From positions 131,356 through 195,355 of IMG/VR virus record IMGVR_UViG_3300009093_000036: DNA of 64,000 nucleotides; one strand, written 5' to 3'. Source of the stretch: a virus. A model generated the notes under the pieces. It did not search any database, had not been told where the DNA came from, and saw only the letters and a program-made list of their open reading frames with translations. Below, piece by piece: positions 55,293 through 63,669 of this stretch. The translations under genes and the position numbers were made by a program. Each line of letters opens with the position of its first letter. Positions within the stretch are counted from its first letter, which is position 1.

Positions 55293-57249
55293 ACCCGCCA
55301 GCTCCGCCGAGGGAGAGACGGCGGGGCGGCTTCTGGCTCGGCAGCGGTCGCATGTCCACGCCACCAGTGTCGGGGGATGCCGACTGACCGACGATGTGCT
55401 GCTTCACGAGCTCGGCGAGCTCGGGCTGCGTCTGAGCGAGGTGATCGATCGACTGCGTCTGCATGTCGCGCGGCTGCGCCGAGATCTGATTCGCCAAGCC
55501 CGCGGCCACCTGATCGAGCGGAATGCCCGTCGGAGCGGCCGTCAGTCCCGAGCCCATCTCGTCGGAGAACGGGGTCGAAGGTGCGGCCCCCATCCCACCA
55601 CCGGCAGCTCCAGCCGCTGCACCCGGGTTGTTGGGATCCATGGGCATCGGCATCAGGCCCTTCTGCTGCAACTTCAACTGGGCCTCCGCCATGATCTCCT
55701 GCGCCTGCGCCTGGTAGCGCGCCTGCACGACCATCGCCTCGCCCTGGATCTCGGCCTGGATGAGCTGCTGCTTCTTCAGCGCCTCGGCACGGATCTGCGT
55801 CTCCTTCACCTGGAGGCTCGACTCGTCCTCGACGTTGAAGTCCATCATCGCGAGCAGCGACGTGTCGCTGATCTTCGACTGCTGGTTCATCGACGCCGCG
55901 AGCGCCATGCGCTGAAGGTCGTCCGCCATCTTGAACGGCTTGAAGCGAGCAGTCGGAACGCTCCAGTTCAAGTAGTGGCCGGTGCGACCCATGAACCAGT
56001 GGATGAGCCGGTAGTGGTTCTGCACGTTCGACAAGAAGAAGTTCTCGACCATACGCATCGAGACCGACGTTCCTGCGTACGTCCCCTGACCGAAGACGAG
56101 GTCGGACGGGAAGCCCATGCCGATCGCGATGAGCTCCGCGATCATGCGGATCTCCTGCATCAGCAGCAGAGCCTTGCCGTTCTCTCCGATGATCTGATGG
56201 CCGAGCGGGAACGGCAGGATGCCGTAGTAGCTGGGGTCGACGCGCTGACGAGCGAGCTCGCGCTGGATGTGCCCACGCCAGTCGGCGAGGTTGATCGTGC
56301 TGAACGGATCGGCGCCGGCGGTCGCCGGCTGCGGGTACAAGAAGATCTGCGGGACCATGTGCGTGAGCAACACGGTCTCCTGGGACTTCTTCATCAACTG
56401 CATGTAGAAGGCGTCCTTCATGACCGGCATGAGGAGCGGAACACCCCAGCCCTGGTCCATGCTGGACAGCGCCGGACGGCGCATGTGGAACACCTCGCGC
56501 TTGTCGAAGACGAGGGAGCGCTTCTCCTTGACGGCCTGGAGGAAGAGCTGAGGAGTCGTGGCGATGATGTCCTTGCGACCCATCGCCACGAGGCTGCGGA
56601 ACTTCGCAGAGAGGTCGAGGGAGTAGTCCATCCTCCCGGTCGCCTCGTTGTGGAAGATCGAGACGTTCTCCGGGTTCCAGCGGACCATGTTGATCTCGCT
56701 GGGCTTCGGCTGGTAGTCGTCCGTGGCGTTCGCGAAGTCGCTCTGTCCGCACTTCGGGCACGTCAGGTAGAAGCGATGATCGGTGTACCGCCAGTGCCGG
56801 CGGAAGTTGATCGCATCGATGCGGGCGTTGCACGCCGAGCAGATGATCAACTTGCGGAAAGGGAACGAGGGGGAGATCAGCGCGTTGCCGTACACGTAGT
56901 AGTCGAGGTTCACCTCGAACTGGTGCATGCGGTAGTTGAGGTCTCCCAGCATCAGGTTCCGCCAACGATCGACGACGCCGCGATCCTTGTGCGTGAAGAT
57001 GATGTCGGTGATCGGGTACTCGGCCGCCTTCGTGCAGATGGCGTTGATGACGCCGTGCGTGAGGAAGTAGTAACGGCAGAAGCCGAAGAGGTTGCGGACC
57101 GTCTGCGGCGTGTACGTCGACGCCTGATCGAAGAACGGGTTCGCGAACGACTGATACTGCCGCCCGAGGATGCTGGTCCGGTTAAAGGAACCGCCGAGAG
57201 AAGCTCCGCGGTTCTCCGCCAGCCCCATGGGTCCGCCGAAGAACGTCAT
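55291..57249 (-). CDS. portal protein with Zn-ribbon insertion
   Basis: DYYVYGNA, RWNPENV, VFHMRR...GWGVPLL, ELIAIGMGFP portal-like motifs; Q/M/P-rich tail; CSAC...CPKC insert. Confidence 0.8.
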   Translation of the reverse strand: MTFFGGPMGLAENRGASLGGSFNRTSILGRQYQSFANPFFDQASTYTPQTVRNLFGFCRYYFLTHGVINAICTKAAEYPITDIIFTHKDRGVVDRWRNLMLGDLNYRMHQFEVNLDYYVYGNALISPSFPFRKLIICSACNARIDAINFRRHWRYTDHRFYLTCPKCGQSDFANATDDYQPKPSEINMVRWNPENVSIFHNEATGRMDYSLDLSAKFRSLVAMGRKDIIATTPQLFLQAVKEKRSLVFDKREVFHMRRPALSSMDQGWGVPLLMPVMKDAFYMQLMKKSQETVLLTHMVPQIFLYPQPATAGADPFSTINLADWRGHIQRELARQRVDPSYYGILPFPLGHQIIGENGKALLLMQEIRMIAELIAIGMGFPSDLVFGQGTYAGTSVSMRMVENFFLSNVQNHYRLIHWFMGRTGHYLNWSVPTARFKPFKMADDLQRMALAASMNQQSKISDTSLLAMMDFNVEDESSLQVKETQIRAEALKKQQLIQAEIQGEAMVVQARYQAQAQEIMAEAQLKLQQKGLMPMPMDPNNPGAAAGAAGGGMGAAPSTPFSDEMGSGLTAAPTGIPLDQVAAGLANQISAQPRDMQTQSIDHLAQTQPELAELVKQHIVGQSASPDTGGVDMRPLPSQKPPRRLSLGGAGG

Positions 57250-58199
57250 GGCACGATCCTACCCGATCCCGCTGTTGCGTTCGCGATCGGCTTCTGACCG
57301 ATGCGGCCAAGACGACTCGCTGCGAAGTCCGTGATGCCACCGACGACGTTGCCGGCGGCGATGGGGAGACCTCCGAAGAGGAGACCTCCACCGATGTTCG
57401 CCGCACCTCGCACAGCCTTCTCCTGCATCGAGGGGCCGCCTGTCGCTCGCTCGTCTCCCTTGGCGAGAGAAGCGGCCGTGATAGCCACCGGAGCTCCAAG
57501 ACCGAGAGCGACGCTCGTGCGGCCACCAGAGCGGACCTGGTTCCAGATCGCTTTCGAGGCTTCGCGCGGATTCGTAGCCATCGCCTTCACGGCGCCGGGT
57601 GCGTTCGTCATCCCGAGCTCACGGAAGCGATCGCCGACTGCACCTTCTGCTGTCAGCCCCTTCACCTGCTCGTGCAGGTCCTTGTGGATGGCCTCGGTGC
57701 CCTTCTGCCGGGCGACGTAGTCCTTCATCGACGCCCCTTGCGGGAGGTGCTGAAGGTCGTCTTGAGCTCGCAGGTTCAGCAGACGGGCCTGGCGTGAAGA
57801 TGTGCCGGAGCCTGCGATGCCGATGCGATCGAGGTACGCCGAATCACCTGCACCGCGACCAGTGAGGCCGTGCACCTGACGTTCCGCGAAGTTCGACAAG
57901 CCCTCGCCTGCACGAGCGACCGTCTTCTTCGCGATGTCCATGCCCTGAAGGCGAGGATGCAACAGCATCGTGTCGCGAGCTGCGTGAGCGATGCCTCCTC
58001 CGATGCCACCTAGCGTGCCTCCGATGGCTGCTCCTTGAAGAGCGCCTCCGAGGTAGTTGCGCTCTCCTTCGCCCTTCAGCGCCTCACGCCCTGCACCGAG
58101 AGCGGCACCGACGCCTGCACCGATACCGGCGGTCGCACCGGGATTCTTGGCGATGAGACGACCGACGCTCGCCAGATTGGGCATGGAGACCTTCAGCAT
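57246..58199 (-). CDS. glycine-zipper putative internal virion/membrane-active protein
   Basis: Multiple GxxxG hydrophobic helices. Confidence 0.6.
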   Translation of the reverse strand: MLKVSMPNLASVGRLIAKNPGATAGIGAGVGAALGAGREALKGEGERNYLGGALQGAAIGGTLGGIGGGIAHAARDTMLLHPRLQGMDIAKKTVARAGEGLSNFAERQVHGLTGRGAGDSAYLDRIGIAGSGTSSRQARLLNLRAQDDLQHLPQGASMKDYVARQKGTEAIHKDLHEQVKGLTAEGAVGDRFRELGMTNAPGAVKAMATNPREASKAIWNQVRSGGRTSVALGLGAPVAITAASLAKGDERATGGPSMQEKAVRGAANIGGGLLFGGLPIAAGNVVGGITDFAASRLGRIGQKPIANATAGSGRIVP

Positions 58200-58239
58200 C
58201 GTGTGCCTCTTGTACCACGCCGTGGCCCATCCGTGAGGA

Positions 58240-59205
58240 TCAGCCCTTCAGCATGTGGAGCTGTTCGAGGAGCTGAGCCCGCACTTGGTTGCGGTACTCG
58301 TTGTGCGTGAGGAGCTTGTAAGCGGCCTCGCCAGCTCCATCCGTCCCGAGACCTTCAACTGCTTGTTCGAGGGGAAGTCGGCGGCGCTCGTTGAAGAGCT
58401 TCGAGGTCTGATCGCGCAGAGCCTCGAAGACGCCAGGAAGGTGCTTCAGGTCCTTCGATCCACAGGCGACGCACTTGATGTCGTGGTCGTCCTTGTCCTT
58501 CGTTCCGCAGTTGCCACAGAGGATGTGTCGATCGTCGAGCTCCTCCTGGGCGAACTGGATCGGCGGAGGGGCGTACGCGATGCCGCGGTCACGCAGCACG
58601 GCAGCCGTGAACTTGTCGATGTCCTCCGCAAACGGGCGCTTGCGGTCCATCATCTTCATGGTGTCGACCCCGGCCATGATGAAGCCGATCTCGGGGCGCT
58701 CCATGTACACGAAGCTCGGGGGACGACCGGCGAGGCCCGTCACCACCCAGTGGAACTGCTCCCACTGACGCCACGGAGCCGGACTCATCAGCACGACGCG
58801 AGCTGCGAGCATCTTCGTCCAGACCGAGTCCGAGATGAGGATGTTGTCGCGCTTCAGCATGCCGCGTAGAGTTTCGGGCTCCCACGTCGCGAACTCGGTG
58901 CCGTACCGATCCACGAGCATGAGGGTGAGGATCATCGGGTGCGCATTCGGATGGCGCCAGATGTTCTTCTCCGTCACCGACGGGAGGGCTTCCTCCGTAC
59001 CGAGACGAGCAGAGGCGAACTTCGAGATGCCTGGCGGGAGGTCAGCCTGCATCTCGGGAAGCTCCGCGACCACACCCTGAAGGAGTTCCTCCGGGGTGTG
59101 GTCCTCGTAGCTGATCTCCGCACGCTTCTCGATGTCCCCGAGCTGCGGGTCAGCGACGGCCGTGGGGTGCGGCCATCGCGACATGCTCATGCGCTCAAGG
59201 GACAT
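58240..59205 (-). CDS. hypothetical protein with Zn ribbon (KxA family)
   Basis: KRAE, KFAS; WEPETL; CGNC...CVAC; start could be 59190. Confidence 0.65.
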   Translation of the reverse strand: MSLERMSMSRWPHPTAVADPQLGDIEKRAEISYEDHTPEELLQGVVAELPEMQADLPPGISKFASARLGTEEALPSVTEKNIWRHPNAHPMILTLMLVDRYGTEFATWEPETLRGMLKRDNILISDSVWTKMLAARVVLMSPAPWRQWEQFHWVVTGLAGRPPSFVYMERPEIGFIMAGVDTMKMMDRKRPFAEDIDKFTAAVLRDRGIAYAPPPIQFAQEELDDRHILCGNCGTKDKDDHDIKCVACGSKDLKHLPGVFEALRDQTSKLFNERRRLPLEQAVEGLGTDGAGEAAYKLLTHNEYRNQVRAQLLEQLHMLKG

Positions 59206-59211
59206 CTACGA

Positions 59212-60294
59212 TCACGCCGACTTCGGGATGTAGACCAGGACGTACTCGCGCACGCCGTTGATCGGGATCGAGCTGTCGGGGATGTAGCGGCCGTAGGGCC
59301 CCGCGTTCGCGATCGACGAGTCGTCGACCACACCCGCCGTGGGAACCGACCAGGCGCTGTTCGCGTCCGCACGGCTCGCCTCGCGGAGAACCGCCACCGC
59401 CTCGACGTCGCTGATCGGGTCCATCGCCAGACCGAGCTCGGTCTCCAGCGGAGCGACCGCGCACGTGCCCGTCGTGTTGCCCTGCGCGGGGATCGTGATG
59501 CGCTCGACCGTCAGGAAGAACTTGTCGGTGGAGACCGTCGAGCCGCCGCCGTTCGGAACGGCGATGTTCGAGGTGATGGTCTTGCCGCGCACGTCACGAC
59601 CACGCACGACGATCGTCGTCGAGATCCAGCTCGCGTCGCTGTTGAAGATGAACGAGATGCGGCGTGCATACTTCGCCGGACGGTTGCCCCGACGCGAGCG
59701 GTTCCACTTCGTGTTGTCCGTGCCGTCGATGACCTGCGCGACCGTGTTCGAGGTGAGCGACGCGATCGATGCCGTGTCCGCCGCCACGCCGAGCGTGAGC
59801 TGCGCCGCCGTGCCGCTGGCCGCCGGGAGGGTGACCTGCGTCACCGTCGCGAAGTAGTTGAGCGTGGTCGTCGTGCCCGCGCCCGCCGCCGTCGTGATGT
59901 CCTCGACCAGGGCGTGACCGTCGGCGTCCGTGCCCGTGATCTCGACGACGCCGCCGAGCCAGTTCGCCGGCGTGCCACCACCACCGACGGTGAAGGTGAC
60001 CTTCTTCGGGGTGTTGATGATCGCCGGGCCCGTGCCGGGAGCGAGAACGCCATCGAAGTCCGTGTTCACGAGCGTGGTCGGCGACGCCGTCGACGCGAAC
60101 TGGAGCTTGATGCCGTTCGCCAGCACGAGGCCGGTGGACGGGCCGACCCGACGCATGACGTGGGGCGTCGCCTGCTCGATGACGTCGAACGCGTCCGAGA
60201 CGTCCTTGCGGACCTTGCCGACTTCGCCGGCGACGCCGCTCTGCCCGCGAGTGATGTGCTCGACGCGCGGACCCTTGGTGAATGCCAGACTCAT
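59212..60294 (-). CDS. putative head fibre/decoration protein with tandem beta domains
   Basis: Internal duplication (GTDADG..EDI..YFATV / GRDVRG..SNI..FFLTV); N-terminus shared with the 11473 gene. Confidence 0.6.
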   Translation of the reverse strand: MSLAFTKGPRVEHITRGQSGVAGEVGKVRKDVSDAFDVIEQATPHVMRRVGPSTGLVLANGIKLQFASTASPTTLVNTDFDGVLAPGTGPAIINTPKKVTFTVGGGGTPANWLGGVVEITGTDADGHALVEDITTAAGAGTTTTLNYFATVTQVTLPAASGTAAQLTLGVAADTASIASLTSNTVAQVIDGTDNTKWNRSRRGNRPAKYARRISFIFNSDASWISTTIVVRGRDVRGKTITSNIAVPNGGGSTVSTDKFFLTVERITIPAQGNTTGTCAVAPLETELGLAMDPISDVEAVAVLREASRADANSAWSVPTAGVVDDSSIANAGPYGRYIPDSSIPINGVREYVLVYIPKSA

Positions 60295-60315
60295 GGTGCT
60301 CTCTCCTCGACTCGC

Positions 60316-61620
60316 TCAGCTCTTGGAATCGTCGGCGGCGAGTCGCGCGATGACGATTTTCTGCGGGTCCGGCATCGAGACGAAGGTCCCGATTGGGTCT
60401 TTTTGGAAGTCCTTCCGGAAATCCATTCCGAAAGCTCGATCGAGGCTCTGGTAGCGGTTGGTGGCGAGGTCGGTCAACTGCATGTCGTTGACGTACTCGT
60501 TCCCTTCCGACCAGGACCACATCGTCTTGTTCTCCGCGACCTTTCCGAAGACGGCTTGGAAAGGGTCACGGAAGCCAAGGGGTGCATCGTACTTCGTCGC
60601 AGCCCCGGTGGCGAGGTCTGCCTCGTGCAGGATCTCGACCATCACGTGAGCGGGCGTGGAAGCACGCTTCTCCAGCAGGACTTCGTAGACGGCCTCGTGG
60701 CCGGTCCCCTCGAAGTCGCGGATGCGAGCCATGAGCTCGACGTCGATGTTCACGCCGTACTCGTGCCCGGCGTACTTCGCGACGAAGCCGGTGACGGGGA
60801 GCCCGAGCTCCTCCAGGCGGTTCGAGAGGTTGACGGCGAACTCGCGCCGATCGTTGAGCTCGAACTTCTCCCAGTGCTCGTCGAAGTACGCCGAGGCGGT
60901 CTTCACGTTCTCGTACGAGTCGATGGGGTAGCGCTGCGTGGTCGGCATCGCGTACTTCGAGACGGCCTTCGCGGTCTTGTCGACCGGCCGGTGAGAAGTG
61001 AGATCACCGCCGTGCTCCCACGCCCCCTGCTTCGAGCTCGGGGAACTGGAAGTCCCCTTCGCCGTGTTCCGGGGAGAAGGCAGCGTTGCGATCGAGCCGG
61101 ACATCGGCATCATCTCGGTGCCGTTCAGGTCCGCACGCTTCTGCATGTCCGAGGACATGCCTGCCTGCGCAGCGCGGAAGCCGTCCATGTTCGACTTGGA
61201 CTGCGCGTGTGCGTTCTCCATGCGGCTTTTCACGTCGAGAGCCCCGACTGCGGCATCGAGCACGCTCGCTCGCTTCACGAGCTCGTCCGGAGGCTGAAGG
61301 TCGTACCACTGGCAGGCCGCGATGAGGTTTCGGGCTGCGGACTTCTGCATCGTCGGCGGGAGGAGGTGACCCTTCTCCAGGAAGTAGACGATCGACGTCG
61401 TGACGTGGGAGTCGTCGTGCATCGCGTACTTGCGCACGATGCCATCCCCGTTCGTGGCGACGAGGGCGAAGAGACGATCCGGGAGCAGCGCGAGCTCCGC
61501 CGGATCGAGCAGCGTCGAGTCGCCGAGCGCCTCCGGAAGCGCCTGCCCGGCGAGCTTGTCCCGCAGGACCGTAGCCGTCGGATCGTCGTAGATGTCGAGG
61601 ACCACGTCAGACAGGTGCAT
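60316..61620 (-). CDS. tandem DUF6582-like domain protein (KxA family)
   Basis: LPDRLFAL...RKYAMHD and YAMPTTQRYPIDSYENV; KRAS x2, KRAD, KTAS. Confidence 0.65.
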   Translation of the reverse strand: MHLSDVVLDIYDDPTATVLRDKLAGQALPEALGDSTLLDPAELALLPDRLFALVATNGDGIVRKYAMHDDSHVTTSIVYFLEKGHLLPPTMQKSAARNLIAACQWYDLQPPDELVKRASVLDAAVGALDVKSRMENAHAQSKSNMDGFRAAQAGMSSDMQKRADLNGTEMMPMSGSIATLPSPRNTAKGTSSSPSSKQGAWEHGGDLTSHRPVDKTAKAVSKYAMPTTQRYPIDSYENVKTASAYFDEHWEKFELNDRREFAVNLSNRLEELGLPVTGFVAKYAGHEYGVNIDVELMARIRDFEGTGHEAVYEVLLEKRASTPAHVMVEILHEADLATGAATKYDAPLGFRDPFQAVFGKVAENKTMWSWSEGNEYVNDMQLTDLATNRYQSLDRAFGMDFRKDFQKDPIGTFVSMPDPQKIVIARLAADDSKS

Positions 61621-61627
61621 GGGGTCA

Positions 61628-61633
61628 AGAATA
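61628..61633 (-). promoter_or_regulatory. -10-like TATTCT 7 nt upstream of ATG (leaderless class)
   Basis: First gene of the minus block; no SD. Confidence 0.45.
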
Positions 61634-61661
61634 CGGCGGCAAAGCCGGGGCGGTCAATCCG

Positions 61662-61677
61662 CTATCAGGAAGATGAA
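61662..61677 (+). promoter_or_regulatory. CTATNAG-class putative promoter (CTATCAGGAAGATGAA)
   Basis: Consensus copy, 30 nt before ATG 61692, followed by AAGGAGG SD. Confidence 0.6.
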
Positions 61678-61691
61678 GAAGAAGGAGGTTT

Positions 61692-62273
61692 ATGTCGAAC
61701 GTAGAAGGTCTGGTTGGCGGTGAAGAAAGCCCGGCGGGCAAGCCGATGAACTGCAATAGCTGGGGCACGTACGAGGCTCCCGGCACTTCCGACACCGCTC
61801 CGCTGTGCAGCGGCGGCATCGTCGACGATGTTCTGTGGGCGCCGTGCCCGTCGAAGGAGGAGTGCCGCAAAGCGAAGAACGATCGAGTCCTCAGCGACGC
61901 TCGACAGCGTGCTGCGCAGACGACGCATCTCCCCGTCATGCCTGCTCGGTCGAGCTTCAACTTCGTCGGAGGAGCACCTCGCCCGATGACCGGGATGACG
62001 GGAGCCGCGACCACTCTGCCTCAGAAGCCGATGGGTGGTCCCGCGACGATCATCACACCCGAGGGGACGAACCCTCATCTCACCACGCCGCGCGTCCTGA
62101 CGCCGACACGCCCGGGCATGCACTCGCCGACGTTCCTCCCCAAGAAGAACGAGAACTGGCTGCTGCGTCTCGGCAAGAACATGTTCCAGGGTGCGCTGAA
62201 CGCGTTCGGGTGGCACACCCACGACTTCACGCAGCACGTGGATCTCTTCCCGCACAAGGATGACGAGGACTGA
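61692..62273 (+). CDS. hypothetical protein with four-Cys cluster and Pro-rich linker
   Basis: C..C..C..C in the N-terminal 60 aa; strong SD. Confidence 0.65.
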   Translation: MSNVEGLVGGEESPAGKPMNCNSWGTYEAPGTSDTAPLCSGGIVDDVLWAPCPSKEECRKAKNDRVLSDARQRAAQTTHLPVMPARSSFNFVGGAPRPMTGMTGAATTLPQKPMGGPATIITPEGTNPHLTTPRVLTPTRPGMHSPTFLPKKNENWLLRLGKNMFQGALNAFGWHTHDFTQHVDLFPHKDDED

Positions 62274-63667
62274 TGGAGTTTCTTCTTCGCGACCCCGAGG
62301 CCGCGTACCTCGACACGCACCTCTGGCTTCCGAAGAAGTACTGGAGCGACGCCCAACTCAAGGCGGCGCTCCAGTACTTCATCCCCCGGACCGGAGAGCT
62401 GATCGAGACGTACGTCGAGATGCCGAGCCACTTCAAGGTGCCTCGCAACTTTTTGTCCTGGGGTGCGTTCGCCAAGCTCCCCTACAAGGTGTACGACGCC
62501 CGCTTCACCAACTTCCCGAAGGTCGAGTTCAAGAGCAGCGTCGTGCTCGACTCCCAGGACCCGACGCAGACCTTCCAGCACGAGGCTGCGGAGGCGCTCT
62601 TCCAGACCTACGATGGCATCCTCACGCTTCGGTGTGGGGCTGGCAAGACAGTCGTCGCACTTCATGTTGCGGCTGCCTTCGGTCACCCCATCCTCGTCAT
62701 CGTTCAGGACAAGGGGCTCGCCAAGCAGTGGGTCGAGGAGATCGAGCAGTTCCTCGGCATCCCCGAGAAGGAGATCGGACGCATCGGTGGCGACCGCTCC
62801 CCATTCACGTGGAAGAACACGAAGATCACGATTGCGATCGTGAACACCCTCGCCCTGCGTGTGCAGGACGGGACTCTGCCTCCGGAGATGACGCGCTACT
62901 TCGGCACCATCATCTGCGACGAGGCTCATCTGATGGCCGCCCCCTTCTTCAACTTGGCGGTGCCTCCCTTCCATGGGCGGCGCATCGGTCTGAGTGCGAC
63001 GCCGACTCGCGAAGACGGCTTCGATTCCTTGCTCAGCTACACGTTCGGCAACGTCGTGTACCGCTACCTGAAGCCGGCGCTCATGCCGTTCGTGTACTTC
63101 AGGAAGCTGCCGACGACGCTCGATCTCTCTGACGAGGACATCGTGCAGAAGACGCACGACTCAACGAGAGCTCTGCACTTCGGGAGGCTGTACGACTACT
63201 TCTCGACGATCGATGCGCGTGTCGAGAAGATCGCACAGGACGTGAAGGCGGCACTGAAGGAGGGTCGACAGATCCTCATCCTCACGCACAGCCGAGCGAT
63301 GTGCGATGCGCTTCACGCGAAACTCCCCACGGCTGGCGTGTGTCATGGAGGGGTCGGGGAAAAGGAACGCCTTCGCCGTATCAAGACAATGAATCCTGTG
63401 ATTGCGATCATGCGCCTCGGAAAGCAGGCGTTGAACAAGCCGAGCCTCGACACGCTCTACGTCGTCGAGCCGTTTCGGAAGACCGCGATCCTCCAGCAGA
63501 CGATGGGTCGCATCTTGCGGATCTACACTGGCAAGAAAGAACCTGTCGTGGTCTTCTACGAGGACTCGCTCATCGAGCCGATGTTCAAGTTGTGTCGGGC
63601 CATCCGTCGCAGCTTGAGTAACTGGCCCGCGCACAAAGGCGGGCGCATCCGTTTCAAGGACAAGTGA
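62273..63667 (+). CDS. superfamily 2 helicase (UvsW/SSL2-like)
   Basis: CGAGKT, IICDEAH, GLSATP, QTMGRILR motifs. Confidence 0.9.
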   Translation: MEFLLRDPEAAYLDTHLWLPKKYWSDAQLKAALQYFIPRTGELIETYVEMPSHFKVPRNFLSWGAFAKLPYKVYDARFTNFPKVEFKSSVVLDSQDPTQTFQHEAAEALFQTYDGILTLRCGAGKTVVALHVAAAFGHPILVIVQDKGLAKQWVEEIEQFLGIPEKEIGRIGGDRSPFTWKNTKITIAIVNTLALRVQDGTLPPEMTRYFGTIICDEAHLMAAPFFNLAVPPFHGRRIGLSATPTREDGFDSLLSYTFGNVVYRYLKPALMPFVYFRKLPTTLDLSDEDIVQKTHDSTRALHFGRLYDYFSTIDARVEKIAQDVKAALKEGRQILILTHSRAMCDALHAKLPTAGVCHGGVGEKERLRRIKTMNPVIAIMRLGKQALNKPSLDTLYVVEPFRKTAILQQTMGRILRIYTGKKEPVVVFYEDSLIEPMFKLCRAIRRSLSNWPAHKGGRIRFKDK

Positions 63668-63669
63668 AC

